A DNA stretch of 64,000 nucleotides from Mustelus asterias (GCF_964213995.1 NW_027590123.1:1054001-1118000), one strand, 5' to 3'. Numbered from the stretch's first letter, positions 46,779 through 58,800 are shown. The notes: generated by a model not told the origin, from the sequence alone. Translations and numbers: made by a program.

Positions 46779-49700
46779 TCCCAAGGCCCTCCCGCCATTT
46801 TCCTTAATCACGCGGCAGCTCGGGATGAAGTGCTACACCCACCCCGACATGTCTACCGAGGCCTGCGTCAAGGCAATGGCTGGGGTTGTCGGCCCCTCAG
46901 CCATTGTCGCGGCCTCAAAGATGTACGGCCGGGCCGTATTTTTCCTGAAGGCCGAGCGGGCGGTTCGCCTTGCCCTGGAAAAGGGGCTCACGGTGGGCGG
47001 GACGTTCCTGGCGGTGGACCCATTGGAGGCCACCGCCCATAAGATCGTATTATCGAACGTCCCGCCCATCCTACCGAGTGAGCTCCTCCTCCCCCACCTC
47101 CATCTACTGGGGGAGGTCAGGTCCGGGGTGCAGCCGATCCCGCTCGGCCTTCGGGACCCCTCCCTCCGCCATATATACTCCTTCCGGCGCCAGTTTTTTG
47201 TCCGCCTGGCCCGGGAGGAGGAACTGGAGGGAGGGTTCAATGTCCCCCACGAGGGGACCACTTACCGGGTCTTTTGGTCCGCGGACGGTGTGCGGTGCCA
47301 TGCCTGTAAGGAGGCGGGGCACGTGCGGAAAAACTGCCCCGTCTCCAAGGCCGCCGACCACCAACCCAAGGCGGCCGCAGCTGGCACCGCAGCCCCCTCT
47401 CCCCCCAAGCGAGTACCATCTGCCCCCCCGCGAGGGGAGGCCACGCCGGCAGCAGCTGCCACCTCAGCTGCCGGCGGGGGGGGAGCGGAGCCCCCGCGCG
47501 ACCAAAAGGCCCAGAAGGGACCCACGAAAAAGAAGGGGGGTACCGGAACCCCGGCCGCCAGGAAAGACACCCCGACCACCCCGGCAGCCGGCTCGGGGAC
47601 CGCCTCAGTCTCCACCTGCACCCCCCCCCCCACCACCACCATCTGCCGGGCCCGTGGGCTCTCCGGGGCCTAGTGCTGGGTCCGGCGCCCGGGATCATGG
47701 GCCCGAGCATGGGGGGGTAAGCGACCCCGAGCCGGCAAAACTGGCGACGCCGCCACCTCGGGGGGAAGTGACGGGAGAGCAGGGGGGGCGCGGCAAGGCG
47801 AAGAGGGGCGGAGGGCGAGGGGCCTCGCCTGCCCGAGGGCAGGTTAACAAAAAGAGGCGGGGCCCCTCGGGCACCGTAGAGTTCGAGGTCTGCGTGCCCC
47901 TCCCCCCTTGTGAGTCATCTCCTGCCGTGCCCCCACCTGTCTTTGTGCCTTGTCCCGCGAAAAAAGGGGGCAAGGCACCCTGCAAATCCAAGCATGTGCT
48001 GCCTCAGTCCCCCGGCGAGGAGTCTCCGGGGCTGGGTGGCAGCGGGGCCCCCACGGTTCCGTTCCACCCGGCCGGTTACAACCCGGAGTTCTTCTTCAGT
48101 CTGTCGGGGGACTGGGGCGACACTCCAATGTTCATGTCCTCGTGCGACGGCGGCGAAGAGACGATCCACTCGTCCTCTCCGTCCCGACCTTGGACGCTGG
48201 ACATCCCCAACCTCAGTCCGAAGGATACACCGGACCTGGGGGGTGTCCAAGCGTCTGGGGCGGGGGGGGGGGCTGGGCCGCCGTCGCACGGGGGCCCGCA
48301 ATCCGGGAAAGGTGAGCCCGGGGGGAACCCCTCCTCCACCGATCCTGGGGGTGGGATCGGGGAGGGGCGAGGGCTAGTTGGTGGCTCCGTGCCGCCCGCC
48401 GTACGTCCTGCGGCGGGGGACTCGGAGTCGAGGGGCGACCGCCCTGAGGAGGTCAGCGGCTCGGTGGGGGGCACGGGGACACTTTCAGAGTCTGCCCAGA
48501 GCGAGGCGGGGGACTCCCTCGTGCCCCCCACCGAGTCGTCCCTCATCCCCTCCAAGGACCTCAGGGTCTTTATCCGTAGCCATTCCGGTCGCTCCGACAT
48601 AATCCGGCTAGCCCTCGGCCGCTGGCCGGACCTGGCGCAGCTCGTCCGGTCCGTGAAGGCATGCTCGCATGCCTCCGCGGGCCTGGAGAAAATAGAGCGG
48701 CGCTGGGTACTGCGGTTCCTCCACAGGCTCGAAAAGGTGGGGGGTGGACTGGTGAGAATTGCGCCAGCGCCCCCCCCACACACCTAGTTAAGTGGTGACG
48801 GTGGCACAAAGCTGCTGACATGAAGGTGACCATAGCCAGCCTCAACATCAACGGCAGCAGTGGGCCACACCGCAGGTTCCAGAACTTCTCGGTCCTCCGT
48901 GACGGGAAGTATGCGGTGTGTTTCCTGCAGGAAACCCACACCGTTCCGGGAGACGAAGCCCAATGGCTCCTGGAGTGGCGAGGGGGGGTCTACATGAGCC
49001 ACCTCACGCTCGCTTCTTGCGGGGTGGCTATCTTGTTGGCCCCGCGTTATAAGCCGGAGATCTTGGGGGTCAAGGAGCCGGTGCCAGGCCGGTTGCTGCA
49101 CTTGACGGTCCGTGAGGGGGGCGTGGTCATTCACTTGCTGAATGTCTACGCCCCGACCGCTGGACCGCAGCAAACGACTTTCTACGAGAAAGTGTCCGCT
49201 CACATCGACACCATCGCGGGGGGCGAATGCATTATCCTCGGGGGAGATTTCAACTGCATCCTCGAGGCACGGGACCGCACCGGCCCCTGGCTGCGCACTC
49301 CGGCGGTGGTGAAGTTGCGGGACCTGATCGGGTCCCACGACTTGGTGGACGTCTGGAGACATCTCCATCCTGGCTCCAGCGCCTTCACTTTCGTGAGGCC
49401 TGGAGTCGGAGCGTCCAGGCTCGACCGCCTTTACATTTCGAAGGCGCACGTGTCCGGCGTGTCCTCGGTCTCCATGCGGCCGGTGTCGAGCACGGACCAC
49501 AGCCTGGTGTGGGCGGACTTTGCGCCGTCTCGCATCCGGCGGGGGTCCGCGTACTGGCACTTTAACAACACGCTGCTGGAGGACGAGCGCTTCCTGGACT
49601 CGTTCCGTCGATTCTGGGCCGGCTGGAGAAGGAAGCGGGGAGGCTTCCCCTCCTTGAGGCTCTGGTGGGATGTGGGCAAGACTCACGTCCGTACCTTCTG

Positions 49701-52700
49701 TCAGGGGTACGCGAGGGGGTCGACAAAGAGGCGGAAATCCAGGCTCGAGGAGTTGGAGAAGGAGGTGCTCGACCTGGAGGCACGTCTCAGTCGGCCTGAC
49801 GCGGACCCGGCCCTGCGTTCGGAGTACAGGGAGAAGAAGGACGCGCTGCGAGACCTGCAGCTTGCCAGGTCTCGCGGCGCGTACGTGAGGTCGCGGCTCC
49901 AGTTCCAGGTGGACCTGGACCGCGGCTCCCCCTTCTTCTACTCGCTGGAAAGAGGGCGGGCTAACCGTCAGCAGCTCCTTACGCTGCTGGCCGACGACGG
50001 TTCCCCCGTCTCGGATCCGGAGGGCATCCGGGCCATTGCCCGGGAGTATTACACCTCGCTCTTCTCTCCGGATCCGTCCAGCGAGGATGCCCGCAGACTT
50101 CTGTGGGAGGACCTGCCGCAGGTCGGCCCGGAGGGCGTCGGCAGGCTCGAGGCCCCTACCACCATGGCCGAGCTGACCGGCGCCCTAAATGGCCTCAGCC
50201 GGGGCAAGGCCCCTGGGCTGGACGGGCTGACAGTAGAGTTCTTCAGGGCGTTCTGGGACGTCCTGGGGAGCGACTACGCGGGGGTCCTGGGGGAGAGCGT
50301 CGCTACCGGGGAGATGCCCCTTTCGTGGCGCAGGGCCGTCATTGCCCTGCTGCCCAAGAAGGGGGATCTCCACCTGCTCAAGAACTGGTGCCCGGTCTCC
50401 CTCCTCAGCACGGATTATAAAATCTTTGCCAGGGCTATGGCTTCACGCCTTGGATCCGTGCTGGACCACTTGATCCACCCTGACCAGTCCTACACGGTCC
50501 CGGGCCGTTGCATACATGACAATCTCCACCTGGTCCGGGACCTAATCCATCACACCCAGAGGGCTGGTCTGTCGGGCGCCTTCTTGTCATTAGATCAGGA
50601 GAAGGCGTTCGACAGGGTGGAGCACGAGTATTTACTCGGGACTCTGCGGGCATTCGGGTTCGGGACGCATTTTGTCGCCCGGATCCGATTACTGTACTCT
50701 GCCGCAGAGTGTCTGATTAAGGTTAACGGGTCCCTGACGGCGCCCCTTCGCTTCGGGAGAGGAGTACGGCAGGGCTGCCCCTTGTCCGGCCAACTGTATT
50801 CCGTATGCGTGGAGCCATTCCTGCGCCTCTTGCGGAGGAGGTTGTCAGGTTTGGTCCTGCGCGGACCGGACGTAGGGGTGGTCCTGTCAGCTTACGCCGA
50901 CGATGTGCTCCTCATGTTCACGGACCCGGCTGACCTGCGGAGGATGCGAGAATGCCAGGCGGTGTACTCCGCCGCGTCCTCCGCCAGGATCAACTGGGCC
51001 AAGTGCTCCGGACTCCTTGTCGGTCCTTGGGAGACGGACCCCCTCCCGGAGGAGCTCAGGCCTTTCACCTGGAGCAGGACCGACCTCCTCTACTTGGGGG
51101 CCCATCTCTGCCCAGCCGAGGAATCCTGGCCGGCGAACTGGCGGGAGCTGGAGGCCAAAGTCTCCGCCCGCCTGAGTCGCTGGACAGGACTGCTCCGAGT
51201 GCTGTCCTACGGGGCGCGAGCTCGCGTCATAAACCAGCTGGTCGCCTCCATGCTGTGGTACCGGCTGGTCCCTTTGACCCCTCCCCCTGGCTTTGTCACC
51301 GATATCCAGAGAACCCTCGTGCGGTTCTTCTGGGGCAATCGACTGCACTGGGTCCCTGCTGCGGTCCTGTATCTCCCGCTTGAGGAGGGCGGACAAGGTC
51401 TGGTGTGCCTCCGCACTCAGATAGCGACCTTCCGCCTCCAGGCCCTGCAGAGGTACCTTTACGTTGAGCCCCCTCCACAGTGGTGTGCCATGGCGACGTA
51501 TTTCTTCCGCCAGTGGCACGGCCTCAATTATGACGTGCAGCTCCTGCATATCGAACTGGGGCGTGCTCCGACCGCCCTGCAGGAGTTGCCTGTCTTTTAC
51601 CAGGACCTCCTCACTGTCTGGAACAAGGTCGCCTCGCGACGCAGCTCTCCCCCGTCAGGAGTAGCGGCTCTCGTGCGAGAGCCGCTGCTCAGGAATCCGC
51701 TCCTCCAGCCGTATAACCTCAGGTGGCTGGCGGAGAGGGGGGCTGTGGACGCCGGGGTGACCAGAATCGGGGATGTGCTCGATGGCGGAGGAGCGGGCTG
51801 GATGAGTCCCCGCGTGCTGGCTGAGCGCGCGGGGACGTCCGTCCGGCGCGTGGCCAAAGCCATCCTAGACCTTAGGACGGTCGTGCTCGGCCCCGAAACT
51901 GCACGCAAACTTGAGACGGCGCAGGCGTGCGGTGGGATCCCGCCCGAGCGTTCCCCTGTTCGGGCGGAATTCCACATTGGCCCAAAGCCTCAGCCCCCTC
52001 CCCTGGGTGAGGTGCCCCACAGCCTGAGCCGCCTCGCGGAAATGCCCTCCGTGCCTTTTTCTACCGCGCGGAGGCGTTTCCTGTGCGGGCTGCTGCTGCA
52101 CACCTTCCACTACCGCCTCCTCGCCTGTCGCCCGGATACACCTTGGCGGGCCTTGTTGCCGCCGGGCGGCGGAGGTCCCCGCTGGAGGTCCCTCTACGGA
52201 GGGATCTCCCCCAATTACGTCGGGGACCTGGGGTGGAGGGTGATGCATGCAGCAGTTCCGCACAACCGTAGGATTCACTGGTTCACGGGCTCCGAAGACT
52301 GCCCTTTCTGTGGCCTTGTGGAGTCCGTGGACCATGTCTATGTTGAGTGTCTTAGGCTGCACTCCCTTTATGTTTTCCTGAAGAACCTTTTATTGATGTT
52401 TTGTTTACACTTCAGTCCCACGCTCCTGATCTACGGACACCCGGTGCGGAGAGGGGAGGGTCGGGATGGCGACCTCCTCGTGAACCTGCTCCTGGGCCTG
52501 GTGAAACGCGCCATTTACCGGTCCAGGCAGCGGGCGATCGAGGGGGCCGTCCATCCTGACTGTCTTCCCCTCTACCGCGGCTACGTTCGCGGCCAGGTGT
52601 CCCTGGAGAGGGAGCATGCGGTGTCCACGGGCGAGGTTGACGCTTTCCGCGCCCGCTGGGCACCGCAGGGGTTGGGGTGCATTATTGACCCTGATAATCA

Positions 52701-52839
52701 CCTTTTAATTTGATGTTTTTATGTTTCCTTTGCATTTTGATTTCTGTTCGGGCTGTTCCCCTCCTTTTTGGGGAGCTGCCCCTTTTACTTTGTCCTGATT
52801 TAATTTGAGTTTGTTTACTTGGTTTGACCTAAAAAGAGG
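46777..52839 (+). mobile_element. Tx1-clade LINE copy 1 (5'-truncated inside ORF1)
   Basis: Starts about 27 codons into ORF1; ORF1 is frameshifted in a C run at ~47620-47640; ORF2 is intact. Confidence 0.95.
48820..52713 (+). CDS. Tx1 ORF2: APE endonuclease, reverse transcriptase, C-terminal Cys/His domain (1297 aa)
   Basis: EN motifs SLNING, LQETH, GGDFN, SRLDR, TDH; RT motifs PVSLL, LDQEKAFDRV, GVRQGCPLSG, YADD; C-terminal CPFC-x7-H-x4-C. Confidence 0.97.
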   Translation: MKVTIASLNINGSSGPHRRFQNFSVLRDGKYAVCFLQETHTVPGDEAQWLLEWRGGVYMSHLTLASCGVAILLAPRYKPEILGVKEPVPGRLLHLTVREGGVVIHLLNVYAPTAGPQQTTFYEKVSAHIDTIAGGECIILGGDFNCILEARDRTGPWLRTPAVVKLRDLIGSHDLVDVWRHLHPGSSAFTFVRPGVGASRLDRLYISKAHVSGVSSVSMRPVSSTDHSLVWADFAPSRIRRGSAYWHFNNTLLEDERFLDSFRRFWAGWRRKRGGFPSLRLWWDVGKTHVRTFCQGYARGSTKRRKSRLEELEKEVLDLEARLSRPDADPALRSEYREKKDALRDLQLARSRGAYVRSRLQFQVDLDRGSPFFYSLERGRANRQQLLTLLADDGSPVSDPEGIRAIAREYYTSLFSPDPSSEDARRLLWEDLPQVGPEGVGRLEAPTTMAELTGALNGLSRGKAPGLDGLTVEFFRAFWDVLGSDYAGVLGESVATGEMPLSWRRAVIALLPKKGDLHLLKNWCPVSLLSTDYKIFARAMASRLGSVLDHLIHPDQSYTVPGRCIHDNLHLVRDLIHHTQRAGLSGAFLSLDQEKAFDRVEHEYLLGTLRAFGFGTHFVARIRLLYSAAECLIKVNGSLTAPLRFGRGVRQGCPLSGQLYSVCVEPFLRLLRRRLSGLVLRGPDVGVVLSAYADDVLLMFTDPADLRRMRECQAVYSAASSARINWAKCSGLLVGPWETDPLPEELRPFTWSRTDLLYLGAHLCPAEESWPANWRELEAKVSARLSRWTGLLRVLSYGARARVINQLVASMLWYRLVPLTPPPGFVTDIQRTLVRFFWGNRLHWVPAAVLYLPLEEGGQGLVCLRTQIATFRLQALQRYLYVEPPPQWCAMATYFFRQWHGLNYDVQLLHIELGRAPTALQELPVFYQDLLTVWNKVASRRSSPPSGVAALVREPLLRNPLLQPYNLRWLAERGAVDAGVTRIGDVLDGGGAGWMSPRVLAERAGTSVRRVAKAILDLRTVVLGPETARKLETAQACGGIPPERSPVRAEFHIGPKPQPPPLGEVPHSLSRLAEMPSVPFSTARRRFLCGLLLHTFHYRLLACRPDTPWRALLPPGGGGPRWRSLYGGISPNYVGDLGWRVMHAAVPHNRRIHWFTGSEDCPFCGLVESVDHVYVECLRLHSLYVFLKNLLLMFCLHFSPTLLIYGHPVRRGEGRDGDLLVNLLLGLVKRAIYRSRQRAIEGAVHPDCLPLYRGYVRGQVSLEREHAVSTGEVDAFRARWAPQGLGCIIDPDNHLLI

Positions 52840-53019
52840 TCTCTGAATGAGAATTGAGCTTCAGACGGCCTGAAACGTGCCTCCTCTGGGGCAGCGCCTG
52901 CACTTTGTTTCCGGGGTGGGTTTGTTTAAGAAGACGCCCGGTTCTGTTTGTTTTTTGTTTTGTTTGTTTGTTCTTGGCTCCCTGCGGGGAGGAAGGAGGG
53001 AGGTGAGCTGCTGCCTGCC

Positions 53020-53370
53020 TTGCCCGGCCTGCCTGTTGCCTGCCTGCCTGCCGTCTGGCCTGCTTACCTGCCTGCCTGCCGTCTGGCCTGCTTACCTGCC
53101 TGCCTGCCGTCTGGCCTGCTTACCTGCCTGCCTGCCGTCTGGCCTGCTTACCTGCCTGCCTGCCGTCTGGCCTGCTTACCTGCCTGCCTGCCGTCTGGCC
53201 TGCTTACCTGCCTGCCTGCCGTCTGGCCTGCTTACCTGCCTGCCTGCCGTCTGGACTGCCTGCCTGCCTGCCGTCTGGGCTGCCTGCCGTCTGGACTGCC
53301 TGCCTGCCTGCTTGCCGTTTGGCCTACCTGCCGTCTGGACTGCCTGACTGCCTGCTTGCCTGCCATCCGG
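53020..53370 (+). repeat. 28-bp minisatellite in the Tx1 5' UTR (also 60073-60423)
   Basis: Unit CCTGCTTACCTGCCTGCCTGCCGTCTGG, about 7 perfect copies plus degenerate CCTG-rich flanks. Confidence 0.95.
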
Positions 53371-53759
53371 CCTCTGGAGGGTGCGCTCTCCCCGGGGGGA
53401 GGGAGGAAGAGAGGACAGGGAGTGACTGGAGGAGAGGGGGGGGGGGGGGGCGAAGGCGTTTGGACTGTCTCTTTTCCATCTGCAGTGGGGGGGGTGAAGG
53501 CCTTTTCCTAATTCCCCTACCCACTGCTGCTGCCCCCGGGACCGGCACCCCCTCCCCTTTTCCCTCCTGACTGGGGCACCGGCCTTGTGCCTCATCTCCC
53601 TCCTGCTCCTCCAACCTCCTCTCTCCCTCTCTCGCTCCGGGGAGAGAGCACCTACACCCTTCCCCGCCTACCCCACCCTGCCTTATCTTCCCCATCCCAC
53701 ATACGCCCTGCCGTGCATCTGGGCAGTCTCGGGGTGGGTGTAGCACTTCCCCTGATACC

Positions 53760-55847
53760 ATGGCGACATCACCAGCGTCGCCGGTGGCAGGGCCTTCTCG
53801 GCCCACCTATGCGGGCGTGGCGGCTGCCAGAGCCCCCGCCGCTCCCAAGGCCCTGCCGCCATTCTCTTTAATCACGCGGCAGCTCGGGGTGAAGTGCTAC
53901 ACCCACCCCGACATGTCTATCGAGGCCTGCGTTAAGGCAATGGCTGGGGTTGTCGGCCCCTCAGCCATTGTCGCGGCCTCAAAGATGTACGGCCGGGCCG
54001 TATTCTTCCTGAAGGCCGAGCGGGCGGTTCGCCTCGCCCTGGAAAAGGGGCTCACGGTGGGCGGGACGTTCCTGGCGGTGGACCCTTTGGAGGCCACCGC
54101 CCACAAGATAGTAATATCGAACGTCCCGCCCTTCCTACCGAGTGAGCTCCTCCTCCCCCACCTCCATCTACTGGGGGAGGTCAGGTCCGGGGTGCAGCCG
54201 ATCCCGCTCGGCCTTCGGGACCCCTCCCTCCGCCACATATAATCCTTCCGGCGCCAGGTTTTTGTCCGCCTGGCCCGGGAGGAGGAACTGGAGGGAGGTT
54301 TCAATGTCCCCCACGAGGGGACCACGTACCGGGTCTTTTGGTCCGCGGACGGTGTGCGGTGCCATGCCTGTAAGGAGGCGGGGCACGTGAGGAAAAACTG
54401 CCCCGTCTCCAAGGCCGCCGACCACCAACCCAAGGCGGCCGCAGCTGGCACCGCAGCCCCCTCTCCCCCCAAGCGAGTACCATCTGCCCCCCCGCGAGGG
54501 GAGGCCACGCCGGCAGCAGCTGCCACCTCAGCTGCCGGCGGGGGGGGAGCGGAGCCCCCGCGCGGCCAAAAGGCCCAGAAGGGACCTACAAAAAAGAAGG
54601 GGGGTACCGGAACCCCGGCCCCCAGGGAAAACACCCCAACCACCCCGGCAGCCGGCTCGGGGACCGCCTCAGTCTCCACCTGCGCACCACCACCACCATC
54701 TGCCGGGCCCGTGGGCTCTCCGGGGCCTAGTGCTGGGTCCGGCGCCCGGGATCATGGGCCCGAGCATGGGGGGGTAAGCGACCCCGAGCCGGCAAAACTG
54801 GCGACGCCGCCACCTCGGGGAGAAGTGACGGGAGAGCAGGGGGGGCGCGGCAAGGCGAAGAGGGGCGGAGGGCGAGGGGCCTCGCCTGCCCAAGGGCAGG
54901 TTAACAAAAAGAGGCGGGGCCCCTCGGGCACCGTAGAGTTCGAGGTCTGCGTGCCCCTCCCCCCTTGTGAGTCATCTCCTGCCGTGCCCCCACCTGTCTT
55001 TGTGCCTTGTCCCGCGAAAAAAGGGGGCAAGGCACCCTGCAAATCCAAGCATGTGTTGCCTCAGTCCCCCGGCGAGGAGTCTCCGGGGCCGGGTGGCAGC
55101 GGGGCCCCCACGGTTCCGTTCCACCCGGCCGGTTACAACCCGGAGTTCTTCTTCAGTCTGTCGGGGGACTGGGGCGACACTCCAATGTTCATGTCCTCGT
55201 GCGGCGGCGGCGAAGAGACGATCCACTCGTCCTCTCCGTCCCGACCTTGGACGCTGGACATCCCCAACCTCAGTCCGAAGGATACACCGGACCTGGGGGG
55301 TGTCCAAGCGTCTGGGGCGGGGGGGGCGGCTGGGCTGCCGTCGCACGGGGGCCCGCAATCCGGGAAAGGTGAGCCCGGGGGGAACCCCTCCTCCACCGAT
55401 CCTGGGGGTGGGATCGGGGAGGGGCTAGGGCTAGTTGGTGGCTCCGTGCCGCCCGCCGTACGTCCTGCGGCGGGGGACTCGGAGTCGAGGGGCGACCGCC
55501 CTGAGGAGGTCAGCGGCTCGGTGGAGGGCACGGGGACACTTTCAGAGTCTGCCCAGAGCGAGGCGGGAGACTCCCTCGTGCCCCCCACCGAGTCGTCCCT
55601 CATCCCCTCCAAGGACCTCAGGGTCTTTATCCGTAGCCATTCCGGTCGCTCCGACATAATCCGGCTAGCCCTCGGCCGCTGGCCGGACCTGGCGCAGCTC
55701 GTCCGGTCCGTGAAGGCATGCTCGCATGCCTCCGCGGGCCTGGAGAAAATAGAGCGGCGCTGGGTACTGCGGTTCCTCCACAGGCTCGAAAAGGTGGGGG
55801 GTGGACTGGTGAGAATTGCGCCAGCGCCCCCCCACACACCTAGTTAA
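53760..55847 (+). pseudogene. Tx1 ORF1 (gag-like, CCHC knuckle; ~695 codons) with a premature stop
   Basis: CHACKEAGHVRKNC zinc knuckle; TAC>TAA at 54240-54242 where copies 1 and 3 have Tyr; same frame continues to 55847. Confidence 0.9.
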
Positions 55848-55875
55848 GTGGTGACGGTGGCACAAAGCTGCTGAC

Positions 55876-58800
55876 ATGAAGGTGACCATAGCCAGCCTCA
55901 ACATCAACGGCAGCAGTGGGCCACACCGCAGGTTCCAGAACTTCTCGGTCCTCCGTGACGGGAAGTATGCGGTGTGTTTCCTGCAGGAAACCCACACCGT
56001 TCCGGGAGACGAAGCCCAATGGCTCCTGGAGTGGCGAGGGGGGGTCTACATGAGCCACCTCACGCTCGCTTCTTGCGGGGTGGCTATCTTGTTGGCCCCG
56101 CGTTATAAGCCGGAGATCTTGGGGGTCAAGGAGCCGGTGCCAGGCCGGTTGCTGCACTTGACGGTCCGTGAGGGGGGCGTGGTCATTCACTTGCTGAATG
56201 TCTACGCCCCGACCGCCGGACCGCAGCAAACGACTTTCTACGAGAAAGTGTCCGCTCACATCGACACCATCGCGGGGGGCGAATGCATTATCCTCGGGGG
56301 AGATTTCAACTGCATCCTCGAGGCACGGGACCGCACCGGCCCCTGGCTGCGCACTCCGGCGGTGGTGAAGTTGCGGGACCTGATCGGGTCCCACGACTTG
56401 GTGGACGTCTGGAGACATCTCCATCCTGGCTCCAGCGCCTTCACTTTCGTGAGGCCTGGAGTCGGAGCGTCCAGGCTCGACCGCCTTTACATTTCGAAGG
56501 CGCACGTGTCCGGCGTGTCCTCGGTCTCCATGCGGTCGGTGTCGAGCACGGACCACAGCCTGGTGTGGGCGGACTTTGCGCCGTCTCGCATCCGGCGGGG
56601 GTCCGCGTACTGGCACTTTAACAACACGCTGCTGGAGGACGAGCGCTTCCTGGACTCGTTCCGTCGATTCTGGGCCGGCTGGAGAAGGAAGCGGGGAGGC
56701 TTCCCCTCCTTGAGGCTCTGGTGGGATGTGGGCAAGACTCACGTCCGTACCTTCTGTCAGGGGTACGCGAGGGGGTCGACAAAGAGGCGGAAATCCAGGC
56801 TCGAGGAGTTGGAGAAGGAGGTGCTCGACCTGGAGGCACGTCTCAGTCGGCCTGACGCGGACCCGGCCCTGCGTTCGGAGTACAGGGAGAAGAAGGACGC
56901 GCTGCGGGACCTGCAGCTTGCCAGGTCTCGCGGCGCGTACGTGAGGTCGCGGCTCCAGTTCCAGGTGGACCTGGACCGCGGCTCCCCCTTCTACTCGCTG
57001 GAAAGAGGGCGGGCTAACCGTCAGCAGCTCCTTACGCTGCTGGCCGACGACGGTTCCCCCGTCTCGGATCCGGAGGGCATCCGGGCCATTGCCCGGGAGT
57101 ATTACACCTCGCTCTTCTCTCCGGATCCGTCCAGCGAGGATGCCCGCAGACTTCTGTGGGAGGACCTGCCGCAGGTCGGCCCGGAGGGCGTCGGCAGGCT
57201 CGAGGCCCCTACCACCATGGCCGAGCTGACCGGCGCCCTAAATGGCCTCAGCCGGGGCAAGGCCCCTGGGCTGGACGGGCTGACAGTAGAGTTCTTCAGG
57301 GCGTTCTGGGACGTCCTGGGGAGCGACTACGCGGGGGTCCTGGGGGAGAGCGTCGCTACCGGGGAGATGCCCCTTTCGTGGCGCAGGGCCGTCATTGCCC
57401 TGCTGCCCAAGAAGGGGGATCTCCACCTGCTCAAGAACTGGTGCCCGGTCTCCCTCCTCAGCACGGATTATAAAATCTTTGCCAGGGCTATGGCTTCACG
57501 CCTTGGATCCGTGCTGGACCACTTGATCCACCCTGACCAGTCCTACACGGTCCCGGGCCGTTGCATACATGACAATCTCCACCTGGTCCGGGACCTAATC
57601 CATCACACCCAGAGGGCTGGTCTGTCGGGCGCCTTCTTGTCATTAGATCAGGAGAAGGCGTTCGACAGGGTGGAGCACGAGTATTTACTCGGGACTCTGC
57701 GGGCATTCGGGTTCGGGACGCATTTTGTCGCCCGGATCCGATTACTGTACTCTGCCGCAGAGTGTCTGATTAAGGTTAACGGGTCCCTGACGGCACCCCT
57801 TCGCTTCGGGAGAGGAGTACGGCAGGGCTGCCCCTTGTCCGGCCAACTGTATTCCGTATGCGTGGAGCCATTCCTGCGCCTCTTGCGGAGGAGGTTGTCA
57901 GGTTTGGTCCTGCGCGGACCGGACGTAGGGGTGGTCCTGTCAGCTTACGCCGACGATGTGCTCCTCATGTTCACGGACCCGGCTGACCTGCGGAGGATGC
58001 GAGAATGCCAGGCGGTGTACTCCGCCGCGTCCTCCGCCAGGATCAACTGGGCCAAGTGCTCCGGACTCCTTGTCGGTCCTTGGGAGACGGACCCCCTCCC
58101 GGAGGAGCTCAGGCCTTTCACCTGGAGCAGGACCGACCTCCTCTACTTGGGGGCCCATCTCTGCCCAGCCGAGGAATCCTGGCCGGCGAACTGGCGGGAG
58201 CTGGAGGCCAAAGTCTCCGCCCGCCTGAGTCGCTGGACAGGACTGCTCCGAGTGCTGTCCTACGGGGCGCGAGCTCGCGTCATAAACCAGCTGGTCGCCT
58301 CCATGCTGTGGTACCGGCTGGTCCCTTTGACCCCTCCCCCTGGCTTTGTCACCGATATCCAGAGAACCCTCGTGCGGTTCTTCTGGGGCAATCGACTGCA
58401 CTGGGTCCCTGCTGCGGTCCTGTATCTCCCGCTTGAGGAGGGCGGACAAGGTCTGGTGTGCCTCCGCACTCAGATAGCGACCTTCCGCCTCCAGGCCCTG
58501 CAGAGGTACCTTTACGTTGAGCCCCCTCCACAGTGGTGTGCCATGGCGACGTATTTCTTCCGCCAGTGGCACGGCCTCAATTATGACGTGCAGCTCCTGC
58601 ATATCGAACTGGGGCGTGCTCCGACCGCCCTGCAGGAGTTGCCTGTCTTTTACCAGGACCTCCTCACTGTCTGGAACAAGGTCGCCTCGCGACGCAGCTC
58701 TCCCCCGTCAGGAGTAGCGGCTCTCGTGCGAGAGCCGCTGCTCAGGAATCCGCTCCTCCAGCCGTATAACCTCAGGTGGCTGGCGGAGAGGGGGGCTGTG

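Noticed and set aside
48784-49686. 300-aa antisense ORF repeated in all three Tx1 copies
   Set aside because: It is a GC-rich shadow of ORF2; the apparent conservation only reflects near-identity of the copies, and no domain is recognisable.
52840-52880. Hammerhead ribozyme at the Tx1 5' end (CTGAATGAG...GAAAC)
   Set aside because: The core has an extra base relative to CUGANGA, and stems II and III cannot be formed convincingly.
53020-53370. CRISPR-like array
   Set aside because: Units are contiguous tandem repeats with no unique spacers, in vertebrate DNA with no cas genes.
52877-53595. Cys/Pro/Leu-rich ORFs (LPACLPSG repeats; also 59930-60648)
   Set aside because: These are translations of the stop-free 28-bp minisatellite in the Tx1 5' UTR.
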